64,000 nt of DNA from Pseudomonadota bacterium. GTDB taxonomy: Bacteria > Campylobacterota > Campylobacteria > Campylobacterales > Sulfurimonadaceae. The notes below the pieces were generated by a model, which was not told where the DNA came from, did not search any database, and worked only from the letters and a program-made list of their open reading frames with translations. Below, piece by piece: positions 1-9,726 of the stretch. The stretch lies in assembly GCA_043797085.1 (NCBI GenBank), contig JAZDQA010000006.1, positions 32,001 through 96,000 on the forward strand, written 5' to 3'. Both the position numbers and the translations under genes were made by a program. Each line of letters starts with the position of its first letter. The stretch's first letter is position 1.

Positions 1-1
1 A

Positions 2-1339
2 CTATCTTTTCATAGAAACTTCAATCAGCTTTTGATGACTGTATCTCCATGTCACTAAAGCTGAAAAAGTCACAATCATAGCAATACCAATCCATATCCA
101 AATCACCCCTAAACCTAAAAAAGACAAAAGGCTCAACACGACGATAGGTGCTGCTATTTGTCTAAAAATAGAGATATAAAAAATAAAACCGGGTCGCTCA
201 ATTCCTTGAAGCAGCGCCAAATACACAAATATAATAACAAATGAAAAAAGTATAAATGCTTCTACACGTAAATAGCGAGCGCCCTCTTCTATAACTTTTA
301 AATCCTCGCTAAAGAAGCGCATAAATGTCTCAGCCCCCACAAGCAGTAAAACCATACCGACCAATGAAAGTATCCCTCCGTAATAAAGAGATATTTTTAA
401 CGTTTCTTTAATACGTTCAAACTGCTTTGCTCCATTATTTTGCGAAACAATCGCAAGAACTGCCACATTCAAACCGATTATAGGCATGAGAATAATTTGC
501 TCAATCCGCATTCCTATCCCGTATGCAGCTATGACTTCCTGACCGTAAGAAGAAGCAAAATAGGTGACAATAAAAATACCTGTTGCCATCATAACCATGT
601 TCACACTTGGTGGAAAGCCCTGCATTATAAATTTTTTAAAGATTAATTTATCCACTGAAAACTCTCTGTAGTTCTTAAGAAGAGAAGTTTTTTGCAGTTT
701 ATAAAATAGGTATACAACCGTAACAAACTCAGTAATCACAGTTGCAAACGCAATTCCGCTCACCCCATGAGGGCTTAGTCCTAATCCTCCTGTGACAAAC
801 CAATAATCCAAAAGAACATTTAGCACAGAAGAAACGATCAGTACATTTCTAAATGAAGCCGTATCACCTACCGCATTTAAGAGTGCATTGATAAAAAAGC
901 TAGCAACGAAAAAGACAGACGCATACAAAATGACATTAATATACGCTAAGGAGTCTTGTAAATATACTCCCTTAGCACCCAATAACATCATCAAATAAGG
1001 TGTAGAGATAACCCCAATAATGGTTAAAATAAAAGAAAGAAAAAGTCCAAACAACAATGCATTCAGTGCAATATGAGACGCCTGTTCTCTATTCCCTCTC
1101 CCCAAAGCATTCCCCACTAAAGCCGTGACTGCTTCACTCATTCCTACGGCAATAGCAATCATCATAAAAAAAATGGAAAAGGACAAGGTCAGGGCTGATA
1201 GTGCCTGCGTCGATATCAATCCTGCAAAATACGTATCTGTTACGTTGTACATCGTATGAAAGAAAAAGCCGACACTAGCAGGAATAGCCAGCTTTTTTAT
1301 CTGGACTTTTATATCACCTTGAGTTAAATCTAAGTGCAT
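2..1339 (-). CDS. MATE family efflux transporter
   Basis: 445 aa, about 12 hydrophobic segments. N-terminal 'LTQGDIKVQIKKLAIP...YNVTDTYFAG' and 'VSQNNGAKQFER' are typical MATE signatures. Starts 4 nt after the ycaO stop. Confidence 0.9.
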   Translation of the reverse strand: MHLDLTQGDIKVQIKKLAIPASVGFFFHTMYNVTDTYFAGLISTQALSALTLSFSIFFMMIAIAVGMSEAVTALVGNALGRGNREQASHIALNALLFGLFLSFILTIIGVISTPYLMMLLGAKGVYLQDSLAYINVILYASVFFVASFFINALLNAVGDTASFRNVLIVSSVLNVLLDYWFVTGGLGLSPHGVSGIAFATVITEFVTVVYLFYKLQKTSLLKNYREFSVDKLIFKKFIMQGFPPSVNMVMMATGIFIVTYFASSYGQEVIAAYGIGMRIEQIILMPIIGLNVAVLAIVSQNNGAKQFERIKETLKISLYYGGILSLVGMVLLLVGAETFMRFFSEDLKVIEEGARYLRVEAFILFSFVIIFVYLALLQGIERPGFIFYISIFRQIAAPIVVLSLLSFLGLGVIWIWIGIAMIVTFSALVTWRYSHQKLIEVSMKR

Positions 1340-1343
1340 TTAA

Positions 1344-2963
1344 TTAAACGATTAACGCTTTTTTGATTTCTAACCGGTCGTACATCTTCAACATATTGTG
1401 ATAATCTTGATGCAGGGTAACATCGATTAAAAATTCATCCCCTTCTAAAATCCGTAAGGCACTCTCAACGCGCTCTTTTCCATAAACATTAAACAATGCC
1501 TCTTCATACTCTTCCCACACACATTCTGCTTCACCCATACGAATCAGTTCTGCTACGATGTGACCCATCTTATTGGTTCCAAATTCAAGTAACGAGAGAG
1601 CTTCATCTGTATTACCGAGTAAAAGATGAACTTGAGCTTTGAATTCTTGCATCGTAAAATTATGCTTAAAAATGACTCCAATATATTTTTCGACATTCAG
1701 CGTTTCTTCGAGAGATTCAATATTATCTAATATCTCTTCTCCGTCAAACTCTTCAAAATTCAAGATCATCTCTCGAATCCATTTGCCGTTGTTTTTGTTA
1801 TTAAAACTCATATCCTCTATCGGATACACTTCCGAAACACTGGGAACAATCATCTGACATGAATAGAATCCCAAATAGCTGTATTCACGCAAATACATCT
1901 CTTTATTCATATTTTTTAATATTGAAAGAAGGAACTCAAATTCTGCTTCATTTCCTGTACCCTCATAGCTCCACGGTGCATACTCGAAACTCTTTTTAGA
2001 ACTCAAAAATCCAAATCCGAGCTTACCGTTGGAATCAATAAAATGGGATTCGAGATTAAAACTGTCCGAGACAAGCGACATATCAAAAGTTGGAGACTCA
2101 AACGCATCGAGATTCTCCAATCCGCGTCCTTGCATCAGTTCCGTCATAGTACGTTCCAATGATACTTGTAAAATCGGATGGGCACCAAAAGAGACAAACA
2201 AGGTTGAATTATCCGGATTGATCAATGAAATAGCGGTAACAGGGAATTGTCCTCCCAACGATGCATCGAGGACTTCCACAATGTAGCCAAGCTTTCGTAA
2301 AGCAACAACGTCACTGTAAACTCTTTCGTACGATTGAAGGATATCATCCGGATATTTTGGGAGAGCATAGCCATTTTTTATAATCTCGATCTTGGCATAT
2401 CGCTCGAAAATCTCACTCAACGCCTGCACTTGCGCTTCAAGAGGAGTGTTGCCCGTAGCCAGACCATTACTCACATATAGATTACTAAGAATATTGAGTG
2501 GGACATAAACTTTTTCACTCGTAGAGTGCCGAATAAATGGCAATGCAACCACCTTATCCTCATAATCACTGTTGTAATCAACCCAATCCTCATCAGTTAA
2601 CTCATTATTAGGATTGTATATTGCGCGTAACTCTTCATTTAAAAATTCACCGCCAAACTCAAACGCCACCTCATCAGGATAATATTTTCTCTCAGGAAGA
2701 TAAAAATCGATAAAAAAGTTATTGGTTTGCAATCGCTCGATGTATTCACCTAATGCACTTGCTTTTGAGGCATCGGAAACAATCCCTTTGCCATTTGAAT
2801 AAATATGACGCGGAGCTTCGATGGATGCCAGATTGACAGAATAACAGTATTCCAATGGATGTTTTTCATCTGAGAATGTTGCCTCACATCCAACATCGGT
2901 TAAAACCGCTTCCATTTTCTTGATTGACTCTTCGAGAGGTGAGCTTTTAGATAAAAGATTCAT
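1344..2963 (-). CDS. ycaO: YcaO-family ATP-dependent protein (E. coli YcaO-like, stand-alone)
   Basis: YcaO ATP-binding motifs 'SNGKG...ASALGEYIER', 'SNGLATGNT...QALSEIFER' and 'SFGAHP...LERTMTELMQGR'. Confidence 0.88.
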   Translation of the reverse strand: MNLLSKSSPLEESIKKMEAVLTDVGCEATFSDEKHPLEYCYSVNLASIEAPRHIYSNGKGIVSDASKASALGEYIERLQTNNFFIDFYLPERKYYPDEVAFEFGGEFLNEELRAIYNPNNELTDEDWVDYNSDYEDKVVALPFIRHSTSEKVYVPLNILSNLYVSNGLATGNTPLEAQVQALSEIFERYAKIEIIKNGYALPKYPDDILQSYERVYSDVVALRKLGYIVEVLDASLGGQFPVTAISLINPDNSTLFVSFGAHPILQVSLERTMTELMQGRGLENLDAFESPTFDMSLVSDSFNLESHFIDSNGKLGFGFLSSKKSFEYAPWSYEGTGNEAEFEFLLSILKNMNKEMYLREYSYLGFYSCQMIVPSVSEVYPIEDMSFNNKNNGKWIREMILNFEEFDGEEILDNIESLEETLNVEKYIGVIFKHNFTMQEFKAQVHLLLGNTDEALSLLEFGTNKMGHIVAELIRMGEAECVWEEYEEALFNVYGKERVESALRILEGDEFLIDVTLHQDYHNMLKMYDRLEIKKALIV

Positions 2964-3009
2964 ACTATTTCACTTTCTTATTTAATAAATGGAGTATATC
3001 CAAATAGGT

Positions 3010-5412
3010 TTATTTCTCCATTTCAGTTTCCAACTCCGAAACGACCTTCCACATTTTTAACAGCGAATCGGGATTGAGCGAAATCGAATCAATCCCCTCT
3101 TGAACTAAAAAACGAGTTATTTCAGGATAATCCGATGGAGCTTGTCCACAAATACCGATGTATTTTCCCCGCTCTTTACACGCACGAATCGCCATACTAA
3201 GCATTCGTGTGACCGCAGGATTTCGTTCATCAAACACCGAGGAGACTAATGCGCTGTCACGATCGACTCCGAGAATAAGCTGAGTAAGGTCGTTGGAGCC
3301 GATACTGTATCCGTCAAATATTTCTAAAAATTGATCTGCGAGGATAACATTTGCAGGGATTTCACACATCGCGTACACTTCCAGTCCATTCTCCCCCTGC
3401 ACCAAACCTACTTCGTTCATCACTGCAATTGCCTTACGAGCCTCATCCGGTGTACGCACAAATGGGAGCATCACTTTGACGTTCGTAAGCCCCATCTCAT
3501 CACGCACTTTCTTCAACGCTTCACACTCCCACATAAACGCTTCTTTGTAGTTGGGAGAATAGTAACGGCTCGCACCCCGAAAACCGATCATCGGATTCTC
3601 TTCGACCTCTTCGTATGCTTTTCCGCCAATCATATGTCGGTACTCATTCGATTTAAAATCACTGGTGCGGACAATTACAGGTCGAGGATAAAACGCTGCG
3701 GCAATCATCCCTACTCCCTCAGAGACCTTGTCGATAAAAAATGCTTTTGGATCATCATATCCCAACATCGCAGCTTTTACCGCCGTACGTTCTTGAATCG
3801 TTTTGCCCTGTGAGAATTCCACTAAAGCCATCGGATGGGCATTAATGTAATGAGAGATGATAAACTCCATCCGTGCCAGCCCTACACCGTCATTAGGAAG
3901 CTTAGCCACTTTAAACGCACTATCAGGATTACCGACGTTCATGTAGAGTTTTGTGCTTGTTGGGGTGACATTTCCCAACTCGATGTGATTGACTTCGTAT
4001 TCCAGTAATCCTGCATAAATACGACCGCTCTCTCCATCGGCGCAGCTCACTGTCACCTCCTGTCCATCGTTCAGCACTTGGGTCGCATTCACTGTCCCTA
4101 CAATCGCCGGAACACCGATTTCCCGAGCTACAATCGCCGCATGACACGTTCGTCCACCTCGGTTGGTAATGACTGCAGAGGCTTTTTTCATGATCGGTTC
4201 CCAGTCCGGATCAGTGATGTCGGCAACAAGGACATCTCCTGCTACGAAATTTTCCCCCTCATGAGGAGAATGGATGATCTTAACCCGACCAGAACCGATT
4301 TTTTCACCGATTGCTTTACCGCTGAGAAGAATTTTTAACTCTGTGCCCTCTTTTAGTGAATATTGCTCGAAGCTGTTATCCCCCATCTTACGGCTTTGTA
4401 CCGTTTCGGGACGGGCTTGGACGATGTAGAGTTCTCCATCTTGTCCGTCTTTTGCCCATTCTATATCCATCGGACGGTAGGTTCCTGCATTTTTGGTGTA
4501 ATGCTCTTCGATAAGAAGCCCATAGCGAGCCAACGTCGCCACCTCTTTATCCGAAATCGAAAAGCGGTTTTGAAGGGCTTTAGGAGTAGCGAGATTGATC
4601 GTAGTGTGCCGTTCATCGTACGTCATCGTGAGCGCTTTGGAACCGATTTGACGTTTAAGAATGGATATTTTTCCCTCTTTAAGCGTTGGCTTAAACACAT
4701 AAAACTCATCAGGATTCACTCTCCCGCCGACGATATTTTCCCCTAATCCCCATATTGAATTAATTAATATCAAATTTTCTGAACCGTTTTCAGTGTCAAT
4801 CGTAAACATTACCCCGCTGCTGGCAAGATCACTGCGTACCATTTTTTGGACCCCAACCGAAAGAGCAACAGCAAAATGATCATAGTTACGACTGTTCCGA
4901 TAACTGATAGCCCGATTAGTAAAAAGAGACGCAAAACAACGCCTTACATACTCTATGAGCATCACTTCACCGCGAACATTTAGATAGCTTTCCTGCTGTC
5001 CTGCGAAACTCGCATCGGGCAAATCTTCTGCTGTAGCCGAAGAGCGTACTGCTACATCTACCGATGCCATACCATACTCCTGCTCCATCGCTCGATAAGC
5101 ATCTATTATTTCTACTTTTAACGCTTCAGGTATTTCTCCTGAGAGTATCAACATTCGTATTGCTTCACCACAAGCATTAAGTGCTTCAATGTTGGTCAAA
5201 TCAACGTCTGCAAAGAAATGACGAATTTTTGGCTCGAAATTATTGTGCTCGATGAATGCACGATACGCATCCGCCGTTACAGCAAATCCTTCAGGAACTT
5301 TTACCCCCAACACTTTGAGAGAGCCTATCATTTCACCTAATGAGGCATTTTTACCACCCACCAAAGCCAGATCAGCTAATCCAAGAGAATCAAATCGACG
5401 AATATAGTGCAT
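3010..5412 (-). CDS. ppsA: Phosphoenolpyruvate synthase
   Basis: Motifs 'VGGKNASLGE', 'AVRSSATAED', 'GGRTCHAAIVARE' (phospho-His) and 'SIGSNDLTQ'. Start moved to ATG 5412, which follows a GGAG RBS. Confidence 0.96.
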   Translation of the reverse strand: MHYIRRFDSLGLADLALVGGKNASLGEMIGSLKVLGVKVPEGFAVTADAYRAFIEHNNFEPKIRHFFADVDLTNIEALNACGEAIRMLILSGEIPEALKVEIIDAYRAMEQEYGMASVDVAVRSSATAEDLPDASFAGQQESYLNVRGEVMLIEYVRRCFASLFTNRAISYRNSRNYDHFAVALSVGVQKMVRSDLASSGVMFTIDTENGSENLILINSIWGLGENIVGGRVNPDEFYVFKPTLKEGKISILKRQIGSKALTMTYDERHTTINLATPKALQNRFSISDKEVATLARYGLLIEEHYTKNAGTYRPMDIEWAKDGQDGELYIVQARPETVQSRKMGDNSFEQYSLKEGTELKILLSGKAIGEKIGSGRVKIIHSPHEGENFVAGDVLVADITDPDWEPIMKKASAVITNRGGRTCHAAIVAREIGVPAIVGTVNATQVLNDGQEVTVSCADGESGRIYAGLLEYEVNHIELGNVTPTSTKLYMNVGNPDSAFKVAKLPNDGVGLARMEFIISHYINAHPMALVEFSQGKTIQERTAVKAAMLGYDDPKAFFIDKVSEGVGMIAAAFYPRPVIVRTSDFKSNEYRHMIGGKAYEEVEENPMIGFRGASRYYSPNYKEAFMWECEALKKVRDEMGLTNVKVMLPFVRTPDEARKAIAVMNEVGLVQGENGLEVYAMCEIPANVILADQFLEIFDGYSIGSNDLTQLILGVDRDSALVSSVFDERNPAVTRMLSMAIRACKERGKYIGICGQAPSDYPEITRFLVQEGIDSISLNPDSLLKMWKVVSELETEMEK

Positions 5413-5517
5413 ACACTCTCCTTTTTCTTCTTGTACTTTATTAAAATAAGAATAGCACGAATTAGGCAATAACGATACGATTTATGCTATATTTGCATAA
5501 AAACTTATGGGTGAATC

Positions 5518-6102
5518 ATGGCTATTATCTCTATCGCATCTACCAAAGGGGGAGTGGGTAAAACTTCTCTTGCTTTTTCACTCGCCAAAGACCTAGGCTA
5601 TCGCTACGCAACCAACGATATGTCCGTCGTTCTCAACAAATATAAAAACGCCCGATATTACCCTAAAAAGATACCCCTTTACCCTGATACAGTCTACGAT
5701 TTCGGAGGATTTGATGCTGATCATGTCGATGAGATTTTACGTAACTCAGACATCATCCTTGTTCCCACAACGAATGATTTAAACTCCATCATGAAAAGCT
5801 TGATTTTTATCAAAAATTACAAAGAAAAAACCATTCTCGTGTTTGCCAACATGATCGATAATCCCAATGATGCCACCGTCATAAAAGCAAAAATTCATGA
5901 ACATTTTCCTAATCTCGCCTTCACCTACCTGCGACGTACCAAACTGCTTAAAAATGCTTTAGAATCAGGAATGAGCGCTACCCAACTGTATGAATCGAGC
6001 AAACAAAACCAGCACGTCTACAAACAAGCATTTAGTGAATACAGCAAAATACTCAAGCTCTTTACAACTGATGGACACTATTTTAGTGCACCCCAATCAT
6101 GA
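5518..6102 (+). CDS. Short ParA-family ATPase (orphan)
   Basis: Deviant Walker A 'KGGVGKT', Walker B-like 'VYDFGG' and 'SDIILVPT'. 194 aa; ATGA overlap with the next gene. Confidence 0.8.
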   Translation: MAIISIASTKGGVGKTSLAFSLAKDLGYRYATNDMSVVLNKYKNARYYPKKIPLYPDTVYDFGGFDADHVDEILRNSDIILVPTTNDLNSIMKSLIFIKNYKEKTILVFANMIDNPNDATVIKAKIHEHFPNLAFTYLRRTKLLKNALESGMSATQLYESSKQNQHVYKQAFSEYSKILKLFTTDGHYFSAPQS

Positions 6103-7616
6103 GCACTATTCTCTTAACTACCCTCAACGCTCGCTACGCCCACAGCGCACTGGGACTTCGATATCTCTACGCTAACTTGCATGAGCTCCAAAACGATACA
6201 AAAATAGTCGAATTTACTATCAATGAGCAAATCCAAACCATCGCCGAAGATATTCTAAAACATAGTCCTAAAATCATCGGAATAAGCGTCTACATTTGGA
6301 ATGCTTCCCAAACTGCAGAACTTATAGAAATCATTAAAAAAGTAGCTCCTGATACCGTTATCGTTCTCGGAGGTCCAGAGGCTGGATACACTCCTCATCG
6401 TGTTGATTTTAGCCGTGCTGATTATATCATTAGCGGTGAAGGCGAAGTGGCATTTTATGAATTATGTAAGGAGATATTGAATCCCACTCACGGCGAACGG
6501 ATAGTGCGAACGGGAGCTGAGTTTATCAAAGCCACCATGCCTGATCTAAAAGCTATTACTCTCCCCTACCGTGCCTACAGTGATGAAGACGTAGCGAACC
6601 GAACCATCTACGTCGAAGCTTCACGCGGATGTCCATTTGAGTGCGAATTTTGCCTCTCATCTATGGATGAAAAGGTACGAAACTTTCCACTAGATGAACT
6701 CATCGAAGAATTTGAGATACTCTGGCAGCGTGGTGCGCGAAGTTTTAAATTCATCGACCGCACCTTTAATCTCAATATGACGTTTGCTAATCGTCTTTTG
6801 GACTTTTTCCTCTCTAAAGAGCCCCCTTATTTTGCCCATTTTGAAGTGATTCCCGATCATTTCCCCGACGTTCTAAAAGCCAAAATTTCTCTTTTTCCTG
6901 AGGGCTCATTGCAACTTGAAATCGGTATCCAGACCTTAGACCCCATTATCGCAAAAGGTATCAACCGTCCGCTTCGACTGGAAAAAATATTTGAAAATCT
7001 TCAGTTTTTAGAAAATGAAACAAAAGCACACATGCACCTTGATCTCATCGTCGGACTTCCGGGAGAAACACTGGCAGGATTTGGGCGCAATCTCGATAAG
7101 CTTGTTTCCCTTACCCATAGTGAAATCCAAATCGGGATCCTCAAAAACCTCTCAGGAACAACACTATCACGCCACGATAAAGAGCATGGAATGATTTACA
7201 GTGATACACCGCCGTATGACATTCTCCAAAACAACAATCTAAGTTTTGAACAAATTCAGAAAATGAAACGGTTCGCTCGCTTTTGGGATATTTTTTACAA
7301 CAGCGGAAGTTTTGAGAATACGGTGAAGTTGCTATGGGATAAGGAAAGTGTATTTAACTCATTTTACGCCTTCAGCAAATGGATTTATACCCAAACCCTC
7401 TCTACATGGAAAATATCCCTAGATCGCCAAATAACACTCATCTATGACTATCTTATTCTAAGTCATGATAAAGAATTAGTAGAAAAAGCACTCACTGAAG
7501 ATATGAGTAAACGACCAGAAAAAACAATCCCTTTTTTCCTACGACAAAAAACATTGGAAAATAAAAATAAAAGTGAAAAAAGCATAACGCCAAAACGGCA
7601 GGCAAATCGGATTTGA
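6099..7616 (+). CDS. B12-binding radical SAM protein (DUF4080-type C-terminus)
   Basis: N-terminal cobalamin-binding-like 'IGISVYIWN...VLGGPE...GEGE' and the CxxxCxxC motif 'EASRGCPFECEFC'. Confidence 0.88.
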   Translation: MSTILLTTLNARYAHSALGLRYLYANLHELQNDTKIVEFTINEQIQTIAEDILKHSPKIIGISVYIWNASQTAELIEIIKKVAPDTVIVLGGPEAGYTPHRVDFSRADYIISGEGEVAFYELCKEILNPTHGERIVRTGAEFIKATMPDLKAITLPYRAYSDEDVANRTIYVEASRGCPFECEFCLSSMDEKVRNFPLDELIEEFEILWQRGARSFKFIDRTFNLNMTFANRLLDFFLSKEPPYFAHFEVIPDHFPDVLKAKISLFPEGSLQLEIGIQTLDPIIAKGINRPLRLEKIFENLQFLENETKAHMHLDLIVGLPGETLAGFGRNLDKLVSLTHSEIQIGILKNLSGTTLSRHDKEHGMIYSDTPPYDILQNNNLSFEQIQKMKRFARFWDIFYNSGSFENTVKLLWDKESVFNSFYAFSKWIYTQTLSTWKISLDRQITLIYDYLILSHDKELVEKALTEDMSKRPEKTIPFFLRQKTLENKNKSEKSITPKRQANRI

Positions 7617-7629
7617 AATAAAGGTAGGT

Positions 7630-7654
7630 GCGCTAGAGTGACGAATTCTAGCGC
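7630..7654. terminator. Hairpin between the convergent radical SAM and porin genes
   Basis: gcgctagagt-gacga-attctagcgc, a 10-bp stem starting 14 nt after the radical SAM stop. Confidence 0.5.
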
Positions 7655-7680
7655 GGTAGTTTTATATAAGGAGAATCGAA

Positions 7681-7696
7681 AGGGCCCGAAGGCCCT
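7681..7696 (-). terminator. UUCG-tetraloop hairpin 3' of the porin gene
   Basis: Minus strand AGGGCC-TTCG-GGCCCT followed by TTC, about 30 nt after the porin stop. Confidence 0.6.
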
Positions 7697-7725
7697 GAAA
7701 AGGGTTTTCTAAGTACCTTAAGGTA

Positions 7726-9033
7726 TTAGAATTTCAAAGAAGCGATAATACGGAGAGTATCTGTTGTTTTATCTGTAGTATTTGTAGCTTTTACATCTTT
7801 ATCAAATGATGTATAAATAGCTGTCAAATCAAGCATTCCAACTTTAGTAGCTGCAACAACGTCCCATGCTGTAAAATCTGTATTAAGTGTACTTGCACCA
7901 GCTGCTGCCCCTGCTGTACCGCCATTGTTACCTACTTCTGCTTGAGCATAACTTGCAGATAATGCTACACCTGGAACCATCTTAGTAGAAGCACCAATTT
8001 TCCATGTATCAGTATCTGGATTTGCTGCAATTTCACCATCCATATAAATGCTGCCAAGAGATGTATAAACCATTGATTTATCACCCGTTGCAACGTTAGC
8101 AAATCCTAAAGTACCTGCACTAACAGTTGAGTAAGCTGCGTAAACGTTTACACCTGCAACATCTCCTGATGCTTTAAGAGCAAAAACATTTGTATCACGG
8201 TGATTAGCAACAGCTGTACCAAGTGTAGTTGATGTAGAATCTGGCATCATACCAGCATATTGAGCACCAACGCTAATCATACCCATCAACTTGCTATCTG
8301 CTTGCAACCAATAAGCATCTGCTACACTAGGAACATTGTAATACCATGCTTGTAATGCAGTATCTGGAAGTGATTTATTGATTACTGCTGCAGCGTATGC
8401 ACCGCTAACTGCAAAATTACCAAATTCGCCACCATAAGATACGGTACTGCCACGACCTGAACCAAGCACACCAACACCATTATGTTTTCCAACCCATGCA
8501 GCTGCTAAAATAGTATCAGGCAAGAAATAACCGTGTGCGACTACTGCTTCGAAAGTATTATCAACAACGTTCCATGATTCTGTAAAACAAAGAGGTGTTT
8601 GCAATGCCATACGTCCAGCTGCAACATCAAACTCTTTTTGAGCGTATTTCAGGTTAGCTACTTCAGCCCAATATTGATCACTTACACGCTCAGCAACAGT
8701 CGTTGCTGTTCCATTCATTTTCATTTTAACTGCTGGAACATCTCCTACTAGATTATTCTCAAGACCAAGAGTAGAGACAGCTGTTACTTTTACCGCACCA
8801 CTAACATTTTGAAGCAATTTTGCAGAGGCACCTACTTTTAATGCAGTCAATGCCATAGAGTTACCAGTTTTATCAAAAAAACCTTGAGATGTGGTTGCAC
8901 CTGCACCTGCACCTGAAAATTCTGATGTTTGGTACCAAAGTTTTGCTTCACCGTCTACTTTAATATCTTCAAGCGCATATGCACTTGTTCCGAGAGCCAT
9001 TACAGCAACTAGACTCAATTTTCCTAATTTCAT
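7726..9033 (-). CDS. Major outer membrane porin (Campylobacter MOMP/OprD-like)
   Basis: Sec signal 'MKLGKLSLVAVMALGTSAYA', amphipathic beta-strand pattern, C-terminal beta-signal 'TLRIIASLKF' and a strong AAGGAG RBS. Confidence 0.85.
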   Translation of the reverse strand: MKLGKLSLVAVMALGTSAYALEDIKVDGEAKLWYQTSEFSGAGAGATTSQGFFDKTGNSMALTALKVGASAKLLQNVSGAVKVTAVSTLGLENNLVGDVPAVKMKMNGTATTVAERVSDQYWAEVANLKYAQKEFDVAAGRMALQTPLCFTESWNVVDNTFEAVVAHGYFLPDTILAAAWVGKHNGVGVLGSGRGSTVSYGGEFGNFAVSGAYAAAVINKSLPDTALQAWYYNVPSVADAYWLQADSKLMGMISVGAQYAGMMPDSTSTTLGTAVANHRDTNVFALKASGDVAGVNVYAAYSTVSAGTLGFANVATGDKSMVYTSLGSIYMDGEIAANPDTDTWKIGASTKMVPGVALSASYAQAEVGNNGGTAGAAAGASTLNTDFTAWDVVAATKVGMLDLTAIYTSFDKDVKATNTTDKTTDTLRIIASLKF

Positions 9034-9146
9034 TCTTTCTCCTTGTATAAACCGTTCGTAAATAAGAATTACTTATTTCGAATCATGGGACAATCATAAC
9101 AATTACTTCTTAAATATTTCTTTATTTGTATAGTATTTTCTAATAT

Positions 9147-9164
9147 ATTGACAAATTTGTTACT
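9147..9164. promoter_or_regulatory. Candidate operator palindrome upstream of the porin
   Basis: attgACAAATTTGTtact has a perfect 10-bp core palindrome and resembles 12133-12150. Confidence 0.3.
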
Positions 9165-9222
9165 GTGTGAGAGAAAATTGTGATAAAAAGCGTCAGGGAG
9201 ATTTAATTTGGGGTGAGGTTTT

Positions 9223-9298
9223 CCGTTCGTGGTGAGCCCGTCGAACCATGAACCCTTCGACATACCCTATAGGGCACGTGGGCTCACAGGATGAACGG
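9223..9298. repeat. REP-like long palindrome with an inserted mini-hairpin
   Basis: Nested arms ccgttcgt/atgaacgg, gtgagccc/gggctcac and gtcgaa/ttcgac. An extra segment at 9262-9279 contains ccctataggg. Confidence 0.7.
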
Positions 9299-9304
9299 TA
9301 TATT

Positions 9305-9715
9305 TTACCAGTTACGTATACGAATATGGCAAGAAGTACATTGTTTTAACAACTGATTGTAATCTTCCAGTGCATCATCCATTCTTCCTGCATCGATCGA
9401 TGCTATCATATCATTCGAATAAAGTCTGAGCATACTTGCTGTTTTTTGAGCGAATTGATAGGCGTATTTTTGATCTTTTGGCAAAATCCATTTTACGTCA
9501 TCTCCTTCTAAGGATTTAAGCGTTCCTTGAAGCTTTTTGATTCCGGCTTTCATATCGTCAGGTGAGCTGTAAAGTCCACCGCGCTGAATTTGTTCCATGG
9601 ATTCAAGCATGGTACGCATATCTTTCATCAACATCGAGCGATGGTCTTTTTCAGCAGCATTAATCGAAGCAGCCAACAGTCCTGAAAGTACAAATGCAAT
9701 TAGTGATTTTTTCAT
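9305..9715 (-). CDS. Periplasmic class II (four-helix, c'-like) cytochrome c
   Basis: Sec signal, helical sequence and a single CxxCH ('CTSCH') at the extreme C-terminus. Confidence 0.8.
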   Translation of the reverse strand: MKKSLIAFVLSGLLAASINAAEKDHRSMLMKDMRTMLESMEQIQRGGLYSSPDDMKAGIKKLQGTLKSLEGDDVKWILPKDQKYAYQFAQKTASMLRLYSNDMIASIDAGRMDDALEDYNQLLKQCTSCHIRIRNW

Positions 9716-9726
9716 AATGATCCTTT

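Noticed and set aside
2..7616. RiPP biosynthetic cluster (YcaO + B12 radical SAM + MATE exporter)
   Set aside because: No precursor peptide, RRE, protease or TfuA is visible. ppsA separates the genes, they are on opposite strands, and both enzymes look like widespread stand-alone families.
9069..9263. 64-aa ORF upstream of the porin
   Set aside because: It begins inside the REP-like palindrome and crosses the porin promoter region, with no RBS or protein-like features.
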